Source: Bdellovibrionota bacterium
GTDB taxonomy: Bacteria > Bdellovibrionota_C > UBA2361 > JAAYZI01
Assembly: GCA_050950765.1 (NCBI GenBank)
Contig: JBMNIF010000003.1
Span: 192,001 to 256,000, forward strand
Length of the DNA: 64,000 bases
Direction of reading: 5' to 3'
The translations under genes and the position numbers were made by a program. This document shows positions 40,304 to 49,756 of the stretch, piece after piece; position 1 is the stretch's first letter, and the number at the start of each line of letters is the position of its first letter. Below the pieces are notes generated by a model. The model was not told the origin of the DNA. It did no database searches and saw nothing but the letters and a program-made list of their open reading frames with translations.

Positions 40304-41119
40304 TTAGAGCTCAAGAAGATCAGTCAGAGCAGGATTTAAATAATCTATTTTTATATCTTCAATCTTTCCACCATCACACGCTTTTGCGATTTCAGGATCT
40401 ATCGGCAACCGTCCCAGAACTTTCAAATTAAAGTCTTTAGCGACTTCATTAACTTTTCCTTCCCCGAACAATGCAATCTCCTTAGCGCAATCGGGGCACC
40501 GCACATAACTCATGTTTTCGACCACGCCTAAAACAGGGATGTTCATCATCTGCGCCATTTTTACAGCCTTTTCAACGATCATCGAAACCAATTCTTGTGG
40601 ACTGGTTACCACAATAATTCCATCAACCTTTATTGATTGAAAAACCGTGAGTGGCACATCGCCTGTTCCTGGAGGGCAATCAACAAACATATAATCAACC
40701 TCCCCCCAGACAACGTCAGTCCAGAACTGTCTGACCATACCGGCGATTAGTGGTCCTCTCCAGATAACAGGATCGTTTTCATTCTGTAGCAATAAATTGG
40801 AGGAGATTATCTTAATTCCATCTCTACTACTACGCGGTTCTAGATCACCTTCAATACCAGTAATACCGCCTTTTATACCGAACATTTTTGGCACAGAAGG
40901 TCCCGTAATATCGGCATCCAAGATAGCACATTTTTTACCTTGCGCAGTCATCAAGACAGCCAGTAGTGCCGTTGTTAAAGATTTCCCAACGCCACCCTTT
41001 CCACTAATAACAGCTATCACTTTTTTTATTTTAGAAAGGTGGTGTGGTTCAGCGACGAGACTCTCTGCCTTTTCACACTTATTAGCGCAACTATCACAAT
41101 CATGACTACAATCACTCAT
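40304..41119 (-). CDS. Mrp/NBP35 (ApbC) ATPase
   Basis: SGKGGVGKS, DADITGPS, IWRGP, DCPPGTGD, ENMS, CPDC. Confidence 0.95.
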   Translation of the reverse strand: MSDCSHDCDSCANKCEKAESLVAEPHHLSKIKKVIAVISGKGGVGKSLTTALLAVLMTAQGKKCAILDADITGPSVPKMFGIKGGITGIEGDLEPRSSRDGIKIISSNLLLQNENDPVIWRGPLIAGMVRQFWTDVVWGEVDYMFVDCPPGTGDVPLTVFQSIKVDGIIVVTSPQELVSMIVEKAVKMAQMMNIPVLGVVENMSYVRCPDCAKEIALFGEGKVNEVAKDFNLKVLGRLPIDPEIAKACDGGKIEDIKIDYLNPALTDLLEL

Positions 41120-41185
41120 CTCTAACCCCTCACTCCAAAACTATAAAAAAAGATCTTATCTAATAAGAAACAGAGCTCCTCACAC

Positions 41186-41677
41186 CTACTTCCTATGCAC
41201 AGCCGCCAAAATAGCTTTCTCGTTATAACCCTCTATCACTTTTTTACCAACCATCAAGACCGGCACTCCGGAAACGTTTAATTTTTCATATATTTTTCGT
41301 CCCTGTGAATCTTTCCCGAGATCTATTCGACGGTAATTAACTCGCTTCTTTTTTAAGAGTTGTTCCGTTAAAACACAAAATCCACACCCTTCTCTAACAA
41401 AGAGCAAGACCCTCCCCGAAGGGTGCAAATAACTTGACTCTGCTTGAAGTGTTTCTGAAAAATTAAGTATTTTTGTTTTCCCGATACTTGGTAGTTTTAA
41501 ATCTTTTTCAATAGCACCTTTATATTCCTCAGGAACCTTCGAAGGATCCGTGACATAGTGCTGCACCCCTTCCTTATCTACATATTTAATAATCTCCGCT
41601 TTAGCGAAATCGCCACTTAAAAATATAATCAACGTTATAAAACACCACTTGAAGACCTGTTGCATAATATTCAACAT
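41186..41677 (-). CDS. Exported glutaredoxin-like protein with DUF4124-like N-domain
   Basis: Signal peptide, KYVDKEGVQHYVTDP, CGFC, GVPVLMVG. Confidence 0.8.
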   Translation of the reverse strand: MLNIMQQVFKWCFITLIIFLSGDFAKAEIIKYVDKEGVQHYVTDPSKVPEEYKGAIEKDLKLPSIGKTKILNFSETLQAESSYLHPSGRVLLFVREGCGFCVLTEQLLKKKRVNYRRIDLGKDSQGRKIYEKLNVSGVPVLMVGKKVIEGYNEKAILAAVHRK

Positions 41678-41903
41678 ACTAAATCAATGCAGCGCTCTAT
41701 CAAAGGAGTATTTTTAAACAAACTGAGAAACGGTACTACAAAAGAGCGACGCTTACTTCAAAGTTTCTCGACGGTTTAAATTAAGCAAATTTCGAGTAAA
41801 ATTTCTTACGAAATATTCCTGTCTTTATATGAAAAATTCTCATTTTTAACTTTTATAACAAAGTTTGATTGACGCTCTAAAGACTTTGAGAGATCATAAA
41901 AAG

Positions 41904-42030
41904 ATGAGGTTTCTTCTAAAACAGGTGGTATTCATACCCTCCCCATAGAAGCTTCCCAAACGCCTGTTAAGAAGATAATCTCAGATTGAGATTGGGGCAC
42001 CCGATGCACACCACGTTGGGTGCCTTTTTT
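41904..42030 (+). ncRNA. Candidate small regulatory RNA
   Basis: TTGACG-17-GATCAT promoter-like element; long stem 41905-41983 closing a 33-nt C-rich loop; ends in an intrinsic terminator; no matching ORF. Confidence 0.5.
41996..42030 (+). terminator. Rho-independent terminator
   Basis: GGCACCCGATG-CACACCA-CGTTGGGTGCC followed by TTTTTT, with no + strand CDS upstream. Confidence 0.8.
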
Positions 42031-42155
42031 GTATCTTCTTTTGCAGACGATATCCTTACACTTCGTAAACTTCACACGATATCCTTTCTTTTCACAAAGC
42101 CATCATTAAGATATAGTCCTTTAAAATATCGCTAGACGGATTTAAAAAGGAGCTT

Positions 42156-43202
42156 GTGATGCTTAAAGAATATTCCATCGCTGAAATAGCTGAAAAAGTT
42201 GCAGGTACAGTTCAAGGAGATTCATCTCTACTCATCAAGGGGCTTTGCGCACTAAACGAACCGAAAGAAAGCGCTCTTACCTTTTCAACTGCCAAAACTC
42301 AAACTGCCTTAAAAAAAGCCTTAGCCGATCATCAACATAGCGCAGTCCTAATTAAAGAGGGGCTTAACCGTCCGGAAGATTCCTCTGCTACATGTATCGT
42401 AGTAAAAGATCCGCATCGTGCCTTACTAACATTGATTCCACTCTTTAGGGAAAAACTTGAAGTCCCGCGAGTAATCAGCCCAAAAGCAGAGATAGCAGAG
42501 TCTGCCAAGATCGGTAAAAACGTGGCGATAGGTGCCTTCTCTGTAATCGGTGAAGATTGTATTATTGAAGATGACGTTACAATACATCCACACGTCGTAA
42601 TCTATCGCGGTGCGCACATAGGAAAAGGTTCGGTTATTCACGCAGCCGCCATTATTCGTGAATTTTGCATTATCGAAAAAGGGGTAATTATTCAAAATGG
42701 CGCTGTTATTGGAGCTGATGGATTCGGATACATCCCCAATCAAGATGGTTCGCTATACCCCGTACCACAGATCGGTATCGCCCACTTAGAAGATGATGTT
42801 GAAATAGGTGCTAATAGTTGTGTTGACCGCGCCGCTCTCGGCACTACACGGATCGGTCAAGGTACAAAGATCGACAATCAAGTCCAGATCGGTCACAACA
42901 CCACGATTGGCAAACATTCAATAGTGTGTGGACAGGGAGGCATTGCAGGTAGCGCCCAGATCGGAGACCATGTTATGTTAGGAGCACGGATCGGAGTAAC
43001 CGATCACGCCAAAATAGTTTCAGGGTGTCGTTTTGCAGCCAGCACCAACGTTTATCAAAGTATTTTAACACCTGGAGATTATGCGGGCTCCCCTGCCATG
43101 CCGATTATGGAGTTTCGACGTGGTATGAATATCACTAAAAAACTTCCGAGTTTACTCTCCTCAATAAAAAAACAACAGAAAGGTTCCAATGAAAATCAAT
43201 AA
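42156..43202 (+). CDS. lpxD: UDP-3-O-(3-hydroxyacyl)glucosamine N-acyltransferase
   Basis: IGADGFGY, VPQIG, EIGANSCVDR, KIDNQVQIGHN, hexapeptide repeats. Confidence 0.96.
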   Translation: MMLKEYSIAEIAEKVAGTVQGDSSLLIKGLCALNEPKESALTFSTAKTQTALKKALADHQHSAVLIKEGLNRPEDSSATCIVVKDPHRALLTLIPLFREKLEVPRVISPKAEIAESAKIGKNVAIGAFSVIGEDCIIEDDVTIHPHVVIYRGAHIGKGSVIHAAAIIREFCIIEKGVIIQNGAVIGADGFGYIPNQDGSLYPVPQIGIAHLEDDVEIGANSCVDRAALGTTRIGQGTKIDNQVQIGHNTTIGKHSIVCGQGGIAGSAQIGDHVMLGARIGVTDHAKIVSGCRFAASTNVYQSILTPGDYAGSPAMPIMEFRRGMNITKKLPSLLSSIKKQQKGSNENQ

Positions 43203-44811
43203 AATCTCACTACTTTTCATCCCATTATTAGTAGTCATAAGCGCTTGTAACGGCAAGCAGGAAGAAGTTGAGCCTACACCTAAAAAAGAAGAGCTGACGC
43301 TGAAACTTGTTTATGATCCTGAAATAGCGCCTGTTGCAAAATGGATTCAATCCCAGTACGAGGAGTTTGAACCACTCACAAACGGCAGAAAAGTGCAACT
43401 GAAGCTTCTTGAAAAACGGGGGGTAGTCGCTGCTGAGGAGATCGCTTCTGGGAAACTAAAAACGGATGTCTGGCTTTCTCCATCTACTGCCTTAACCGAC
43501 TATGCTAATTTTAACGTACGCAACCTCGGAGCCAAACAGGTAGATTGCACAGGTTTATTTAGTACGCCGATGATTGCAGCAGCCAAACAAAGCACCAAGA
43601 GCTTTCTTAAAGCAGAAAATAACACCATAAATCTTAGCCGTTTTTTAGAAGAAGATACTAAGAGCTTAGGACTGTTTTCAATTAATCACACCTTACCTGA
43701 ACTCTCTCAAAGCGGACTATCTGCCTTGATTGAACTGCTACACATCGCCACAACCGAAAATTCGGGGATGCTGCAACCAAAGATCTTAGATCAAGCTACG
43801 GTAAAAAAGAACTTATCTAAGTTTGAATCTTATGCTTCCACTTATAAGGAGTCTGCCGCTGATATTTTAGAGTGGATTGCTAAATCTCCTATTAGCACAC
43901 ATCCATTGGCGATCGTCTCTGAACAAGAGCTTATTCAACACAACCTTAAAAACACTACCTCCAGTCGTGCAGAATTAGTCTCACTTTATCCCGTAGAAGG
44001 ATCTTATTGGATGAGTTACAACATCTGCAGATCTGATGTTGATTGGATAGATCAAGCCACCATCTCCGCCTATAAGCAACTTGTCACCTTTTTAACATCA
44101 GAAGATGCACAGAAATATATCTTAAGTTTAGGATTCCGTCCTGTTAGAATTTCAACTTTATCGGCACCATTTACGAAGGCTCTCGGAGTTGATCCGAAAC
44201 TACCAACAAAACTACTATTACCTCCGCAAGGAGCGCTTATCACAGATCTCTTAAAAGCGTGGCCATCTTTAAAACGTCCTGCGGCAACAACGTTTATCGT
44301 TGATACTTCAGGCAGTATGGAGGGAGAGGATTTAATCTCCGTAAAAAATAATCTTTTGATCGCTGTCGATAAGATGTCTAATGAAGATGTTGCTGCATTG
44401 ATTACCTTTTCAGCATCTGCAAAAGTTGATCTAGAATTTTCAAATAACAAACGTAAATTAAAAGATAAGATCTCAAGCCTGACGGCAGCTAGCGACAGCG
44501 CTCTATATGATGCTATTAACTTAGGCTTGCAATCGTTATCATTTTCAAAATTCCCCAATCATAGAAAAAATATTATTCTGATTACAGACAGTAAAGATAG
44601 TGGTTCCTCGATTTCATTTTCAGTTTTGCAGGAATCGCTACAAAATACTTTGCGGCATCACCAAGTAAATCTTCATATCGTAGCTATTGATCGCAGTGAT
44701 TTACAGATTGAACCTCTAAAGAATCTGGCAACACTTTCAGGAGGAAATCTCATACAAACTAATAGTGCAGCTCTATACAACGTCTTAACAATGCTGTTGA
44801 AGCAGCTGTGA
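43189..44811 (+). CDS. Lipoprotein with solute-binding-like domain and C-terminal VWA domain
   Basis: Lipobox ISAC; DVWLSPS, YPVEG; MIDAS VDTSGSM, ALYDAI, ILITD. Confidence 0.85.
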   Translation: MKINKISLLFIPLLVVISACNGKQEEVEPTPKKEELTLKLVYDPEIAPVAKWIQSQYEEFEPLTNGRKVQLKLLEKRGVVAAEEIASGKLKTDVWLSPSTALTDYANFNVRNLGAKQVDCTGLFSTPMIAAAKQSTKSFLKAENNTINLSRFLEEDTKSLGLFSINHTLPELSQSGLSALIELLHIATTENSGMLQPKILDQATVKKNLSKFESYASTYKESAADILEWIAKSPISTHPLAIVSEQELIQHNLKNTTSSRAELVSLYPVEGSYWMSYNICRSDVDWIDQATISAYKQLVTFLTSEDAQKYILSLGFRPVRISTLSAPFTKALGVDPKLPTKLLLPPQGALITDLLKAWPSLKRPAATTFIVDTSGSMEGEDLISVKNNLLIAVDKMSNEDVAALITFSASAKVDLEFSNNKRKLKDKISSLTAASDSALYDAINLGLQSLSFSKFPNHRKNIILITDSKDSGSSISFSVLQESLQNTLRHHQVNLHIVAIDRSDLQIEPLKNLATLSGGNLIQTNSAALYNVLTMLLKQL

Positions 44812-45069
44812 TGATTGATCTACATGATACAGGAACGACAGAATATCTGCCACTAAAGCAAAACTTTCCGCTGGGATGGCTTGTCCAATACCAACACCGT
44901 TAAGCATCTGAACTAAAGTTTCATCTTGCCGAACAGGAATGCCGTGTTCTTCAGCAAGCGCTATTATATGTTCAGCCATACGGTTAGATCCGACTGCTGT
45001 TACCTGAGGCAACTCTTCCTGTTCACTATATTGCAAAGCTATCGCTTTATCAGGTCTTTTAGTCTGCAC
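44785..45069 (-). CDS. FlhB C-terminal-like (EscU/YscU family) small protein
   Basis: AIALQY...PQVTAVG...AEHIIALAEEHGIPV...IP.ESF..VADIL. Confidence 0.85.
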   Translation of the reverse strand: MQTKRPDKAIALQYSEQEELPQVTAVGSNRMAEHIIALAEEHGIPVRQDETLVQMLNGVGIGQAIPAESFALVADILSFLYHVDQSSQLLQQHC

Positions 45070-45550
45070 AAATAATACCCTTCTCTACCGCCTTCTTTTT
45101 TAGCCGTTCCAGCTCTTGCGGCAAACGCCAACCTCCCAATTTAGGCTGTTCATCGTCACCAAACAAAAGTTGATTTGATTTTTCATAATCGTATAACGCA
45201 CCGACAAAGGTTAAAGTAGAACGTGTCGAATACTCTTCAATAAAATGATTCAGGGAACGATTAGCATGTGCCAGCGAGCGACGAATATCTCTCTCAACAG
45301 ATTCCATATTGTCGCCATTTTTTATAAAGGCTGCTCTGAAACGATCCGCCAACTCTTCTGCTGATACGGAATCATCCCACTCCATCTGTTCGATAGCACG
45401 GTGTGCCCGACTCCTTTTTGATTCTCGTAACACGATAAAACGTGCCACAAAAGCCGTCCTTCGAGCCCTAACCAACGACAACCCTGACGGCTTCCCACCA
45501 TTCGTATCCCATTGCTGCATTACAGATACCTCCATGCCATACCTCCACAC
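45059..45550 (-). CDS. Hypothetical protein
   Basis: 163-aa ORF overlapping the start of the FlhB-like gene; start uncertain. Confidence 0.65.
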   Translation of the reverse strand: MWRYGMEVSVMQQWDTNGGKPSGLSLVRARRTAFVARFIVLRESKRSRAHRAIEQMEWDDSVSAEELADRFRAAFIKNGDNMESVERDIRRSLAHANRSLNHFIEEYSTRSTLTFVGALYDYEKSNQLLFGDDEQPKLGGWRLPQELERLKKKAVEKGIICAD

Positions 45551-45822
45551 ACAACTCTTCTCTTATCCCCAGATATTTTCCTATTTTCTTTTACAAACTA
45601 ACCTTTCCCCTTTTTATGACCTCTGTTTTCATATTTCGACAAAACCTATTTTCAACTTAAAGAATAATTTTATCATCAATAAATGCCAGTTAATTCAAGA
45701 TATTAGACACCTGTTTTATCTATTACGACCCTTTTAGATCCAAGCACTTTGAGATAGGAAGCCACACGTTTTTTACCGTATAACTTGTAATAATAAAGTG
45801 TCTGACGGATACTGCCGCCACT

Positions 45823-46941
45823 ATGAACGAGAACTTGTCAGATAAAATAGATAGCTTTAAAGAGAGAGGGATAGCACTGCTATATGACGACAGCTCTGAT
45901 CTAAACAACGCCGTACTGGTCGCTGCAGCGCAAACTCTTTCACCTAAACTAATGAATGATGTTCTTGAATTAAGTAAAGGCGGTATCACTTCCGTTGCTA
46001 TTAGTGCCGATCGAGCCACAGCTTTAGAACTCCAACCGATGACTAGACCGCGCACAACACCTACAAAACTGAATATTAATTCTAAGTTTTGTATCTCTGT
46101 AGATGCTAGAGAAGGTATTACAACAGGAATCAGCGCTTCTGACCGTGCAGATACCATCCGTATCATCGGGGAAGAGTTCCCCTCTCCTCGCAAACTTGTT
46201 AAACCTGGACACGTTTTTCCATTAGAAACAGTTACAGGCGGAGTTTTAGTAAAAAATGCTTTGCCGGAAGGAGCTTTAGACCTTGTCAAGTTAGCAGGCT
46301 ATACCGATGCAGCTCTCTTTGTTGATGTCCTTAATGATCTGGGAGATTTTTTAGAAAAAGAGGGGCAGCTAAAATTAGTAGAAAAACACCACCTTGCTAG
46401 GATCTCACTAAGCGATCTTATAAAATACAGGCTTAGTACAGAACAATTGATTCAAAGGGTAGCTGAAGCAAAACTTCCCACAAAAACAGATGATGGACTC
46501 CGTTCTTATATGTACAAGTCGAAGTTTTTTAGTGGAGAGCATATCGCTCTTGTGCATGGAGAGATTGACCCGTCGAAGCCAGTCCTGACTCGCGTACAAA
46601 CAGAAGCTACATTAGCTGATGTTTTTGGAGGCAATACTCCTCCGACACGTCGCTTATTACAAGCCTCGATTGCTGCTATAAAGCAACGTGAATGTGGAAT
46701 CTTTTTATATCTAAAAAATACTAACCTCGGATATCTGCAACAACAGGTAAAAAACACAAAACCTGCCGAACTTAATTTAGAAGCTCCAACTATTATAAGA
46801 GAATACGGTATCGGTGCGCAGATTTTATACGATCTAGGAGCACGTAAAATAGAGATTTTAAGCAACTCCTCAAAAAATTTAGTCGGCTTAAAATCATACG
46901 GGATTGAGATAGTCTCTCAAATTCCGATACCGCAAAATTAA
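45823..46941 (+). CDS. RibBA-like fusion (DHBP synthase and GTP cyclohydrolase II folds) lacking catalytic residues
   Basis: TTGISASDRA, PGHVFPL and REYGIGAQIL are retained; DRENEGD, RxGHTE and the Zn-binding cysteines are absent. Confidence 0.85.
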   Translation: MNENLSDKIDSFKERGIALLYDDSSDLNNAVLVAAAQTLSPKLMNDVLELSKGGITSVAISADRATALELQPMTRPRTTPTKLNINSKFCISVDAREGITTGISASDRADTIRIIGEEFPSPRKLVKPGHVFPLETVTGGVLVKNALPEGALDLVKLAGYTDAALFVDVLNDLGDFLEKEGQLKLVEKHHLARISLSDLIKYRLSTEQLIQRVAEAKLPTKTDDGLRSYMYKSKFFSGEHIALVHGEIDPSKPVLTRVQTEATLADVFGGNTPPTRRLLQASIAAIKQRECGIFLYLKNTNLGYLQQQVKNTKPAELNLEAPTIIREYGIGAQILYDLGARKIEILSNSSKNLVGLKSYGIEIVSQIPIPQN

Positions 46942-47130
46942 TTTCCCCCCAACGAAAAATCGCTAGAGTGAACCTCTCCTTTAACCTTTTATCTTAGCAG
47001 ATCTATTCGATAATGTTGGACATTCCCGCATATTGATGACATAACATGCCTATTTGATTTATAAACTAAATCGGCATCTTGAAATATAAACAAGATTAAG
47101 AAGTACTTTTTATTTTCCAATGGAGACAAA

Positions 47131-48405
47131 ATGGGAGAGATCTCGTTTGCTGATGTGGTACACCAATCAATTACATTTTCAAAGGACGATCCTAATGAAC
47201 GTTTGGTACTAGATTTAATAGATACAAAATGGGTTCAACGTTTACGCGACATCAGTCAAACAGCCAATACTAAACTGGTCTATATGTTCTCTGAGCATTC
47301 CCGTTTCGGGCACAGTGTCGGAGTTGCTTACCTAGCCTGCCAGTTAATGGCTCGTCTTTCTCGTCACTACTACACTGATATCGAACCTTATCGGATGGCA
47401 GTAGCAGTTGCTGCTCTTTTGCACGATATCGGACACCTTGCTCCAGGATCTCATGCCGCACAACGAGCTTGGTTTCCCGATCAGAAAGACGGGCATGAAA
47501 AAACTGCCGTTAATATCATTAAGTCAGATCCGGAGATATGCGGACTTTTATCATCTAAGGGTATAGTCGAAACAGTTGCCGCAATCTTAAGCGAAGATCC
47601 TGATCTACCGCCTTGGACATGGGAGATTATCTCAGGAGGTGGCTGGAACGTTGATAGAGGCAACTGGTGTACAGTTGATAGTATCTTAGCTGGAGTTTCG
47701 TATGGCAAATACAATATTCCTGCTTTAACAGATGCTATCCTATTAACAAAAGATAAGCATCTTGCGCTACAAGAGAGTCGTCTTGATGCTATGTTGCATT
47801 TTGCAATCTCCAGACAAGCTATGTATCGACAGGTATATCAACATCGAGTTCTGCTAGCGTGTGATATCTTGGCGCAATCTATAGTTATGCGTGCTCGAGA
47901 TCTTATCAAACACGATAATTTTGCTGATATCTTTTGCGATCAAACTATGCAACACGCCCTCCACGCCGAAACCACAGAAGACCTCTCTTTACAAGACATT
48001 TTTAAAATGCGCGAATCTTGGTTCAAGTATCACTTAGGGTGTTGGAGTGATTCTTCAGATCCAATCTTAGCTGATCTAAGCTCCAGACTTCTTTACAGAC
48101 GCCTTCTAAAAACAGTTCGTATCAATGATGACGATGATGAAGAAAAATTAACACAAGAAGCAGAAGCCGCCGTAACAAAATGTGGTTACGACCCACGTTA
48201 CTACCTCTTTAAGGTTAAAACTGCTGATATCAATGCCGGAGATGCTGAGCAATCGATCCTTGTGCAGATGGATAACGGTCAGATAAAACCGTTTTATAAA
48301 TCAGAGCCACTTTATAGCAGTATGCTTATGGAGTCGAAAACAGAGCTACGTCAATGGCTAGCTTTGCCTGAGGATGCTAAAAAGTTATTAAAAAGGGAGC
48401 GATAA
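47131..48405 (+). CDS. HD-domain phosphohydrolase (SAMHD1/YwfO-like)
   Basis: VQRLRDISQ, EHSRFGHSVG, LLHDIGH, SH, HE, RQAMYRQVYQH. Confidence 0.88.
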   Translation: MGEISFADVVHQSITFSKDDPNERLVLDLIDTKWVQRLRDISQTANTKLVYMFSEHSRFGHSVGVAYLACQLMARLSRHYYTDIEPYRMAVAVAALLHDIGHLAPGSHAAQRAWFPDQKDGHEKTAVNIIKSDPEICGLLSSKGIVETVAAILSEDPDLPPWTWEIISGGGWNVDRGNWCTVDSILAGVSYGKYNIPALTDAILLTKDKHLALQESRLDAMLHFAISRQAMYRQVYQHRVLLACDILAQSIVMRARDLIKHDNFADIFCDQTMQHALHAETTEDLSLQDIFKMRESWFKYHLGCWSDSSDPILADLSSRLLYRRLLKTVRINDDDDEEKLTQEAEAAVTKCGYDPRYYLFKVKTADINAGDAEQSILVQMDNGQIKPFYKSEPLYSSMLMESKTELRQWLALPEDAKKLLKRER

Positions 48406-48474
48406 TTTGCTAATTTTACAGTTTATAACCCACTAAAAAACTTTTATAATACTTTAGTTAATTACTATGAGGGT

Positions 48475-49503
48475 ATGCTAAAAATGTCAGCTGAAAATTT
48501 CGCAGGGAAAACAGTTCTAATTACGGGTGGAACGGGAAGTTTCGGTAGACAGTTTGCTTTGACGTTTTTAAACAGATATCCAAACTTAAAAAAACTGATT
48601 ATCTTATCACGAGATGAATTTAAACAGTTTGAGATGCAAAATCTGGAAGACTTTAAAAAACATTCTTCAGTTTTGCGTTTCTTTATTGGAGATGTCCGCG
48701 AGAAAGACCGCCTGATGCGAGCCTTTGAGGGAGTTGACTTCGTTATTCATGCCGCCGCTCTAAAACAGGTACCAACGTGTGAATACAACCCTTTTGAAGC
48801 GATAAAAACAAATATTTTAGGTGCACAAAACGTTATCAACGCTGCTCTTGATATGGGAGTGCAAAAAGTTATTGCACTTTCTACTGATAAGGCTTGTGCT
48901 CCGATTAATTTATACGGTGCCACAAAATTATGTTCGGATAAATTATTTATCGCCGCCAACGCTTATGCTGGAACAAAGAATTGTAAATTTGCTGTTGTAA
49001 GATATGGGAATGTCGCGGGATCACGTGGATCTGTTGTGCCGTTTTTTCAAAAGCTCGTAAGAGAAAATGCCTCGGAGATACCGATTACAGATTATCGTAT
49101 GACCCGCTTTTGGTTAAACTTAGAGCAGGCTGTTGAGATGGTTCTCCAAGCGTTGAACACGATGCGTGGTGGTGAGTTATATGTAAAAAAGCTTCCGTCA
49201 ATGCGCATAGTTGATTTAGCAACTGCCATAGCTCCTAATATTAAAACGGTAGAGATCGGAGTTCGTCCAGGAGAAAAGATCCACGAACAGATGATCGTAA
49301 ATGAAGATGCCTTACGAACAGTTGAGTTCGACGATCACTACATAATTTTACGTGAAAAAGAGTTCAAAACAGGCACCCCCGATTGTAGAGGCGGAAAACT
49401 CGTAGCACCTGATTTCGAATACCACTCCGGCAAAAACACAGAGTGGCTAACAGTTGAGGATATTAGATCTCTTTTAAAGGTAAGAAAATCTTCTGCTATT
49501 TAA
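48475..49503 (+). CDS. pseB: UDP-N-acetylglucosamine 4,6-dehydratase (inverting)
   Basis: TGGTGSFG, SRDEFKQ, HAAALKQVP, STDKA, LYGATK, RYGNV, MTRFW, RPGEKIHE. Confidence 0.95.
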   Translation: MLKMSAENFAGKTVLITGGTGSFGRQFALTFLNRYPNLKKLIILSRDEFKQFEMQNLEDFKKHSSVLRFFIGDVREKDRLMRAFEGVDFVIHAAALKQVPTCEYNPFEAIKTNILGAQNVINAALDMGVQKVIALSTDKACAPINLYGATKLCSDKLFIAANAYAGTKNCKFAVVRYGNVAGSRGSVVPFFQKLVRENASEIPITDYRMTRFWLNLEQAVEMVLQALNTMRGGELYVKKLPSMRIVDLATAIAPNIKTVEIGVRPGEKIHEQMIVNEDALRTVEFDDHYIILREKEFKTGTPDCRGGKLVAPDFEYHSGKNTEWLTVEDIRSLLKVRKSSAI

Positions 49504-49756
49504 ATATTTTTACCTTCCCCAATTAGCTTTACATAAACACCATTTCTGGCGGTAATATCTTCACAAACTTTTCCTTTTTTTTTGCTGCTATTTGCGACTT
49601 CTTCATCACGCTTATTTTCACTGCTATTAGCACAGTATTTAATTTCTCGCTTAATATTACACCCTTTCTAAAAACAGACTTAAGTCATCGTTTTTCTTGA
49701 ATCTATTATAATCTGCTTTACATCAAATATTAGTCCCTTACCCTCTTGGAGAAAAC

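Noticed and set aside
41894..41935. 13-aa minus-strand ORF (MNTTCFRRNLIFL) antisense to the candidate sRNA
   Set aside because: The SD-like run is too close to the ATG, the peptide has no features, and the terminator polarity favours a + strand RNA
48916..48923. GGTGCCAC inside pseB
   Set aside because: Partial match explained by codons of the YGATK motif; lacks the full core and its context
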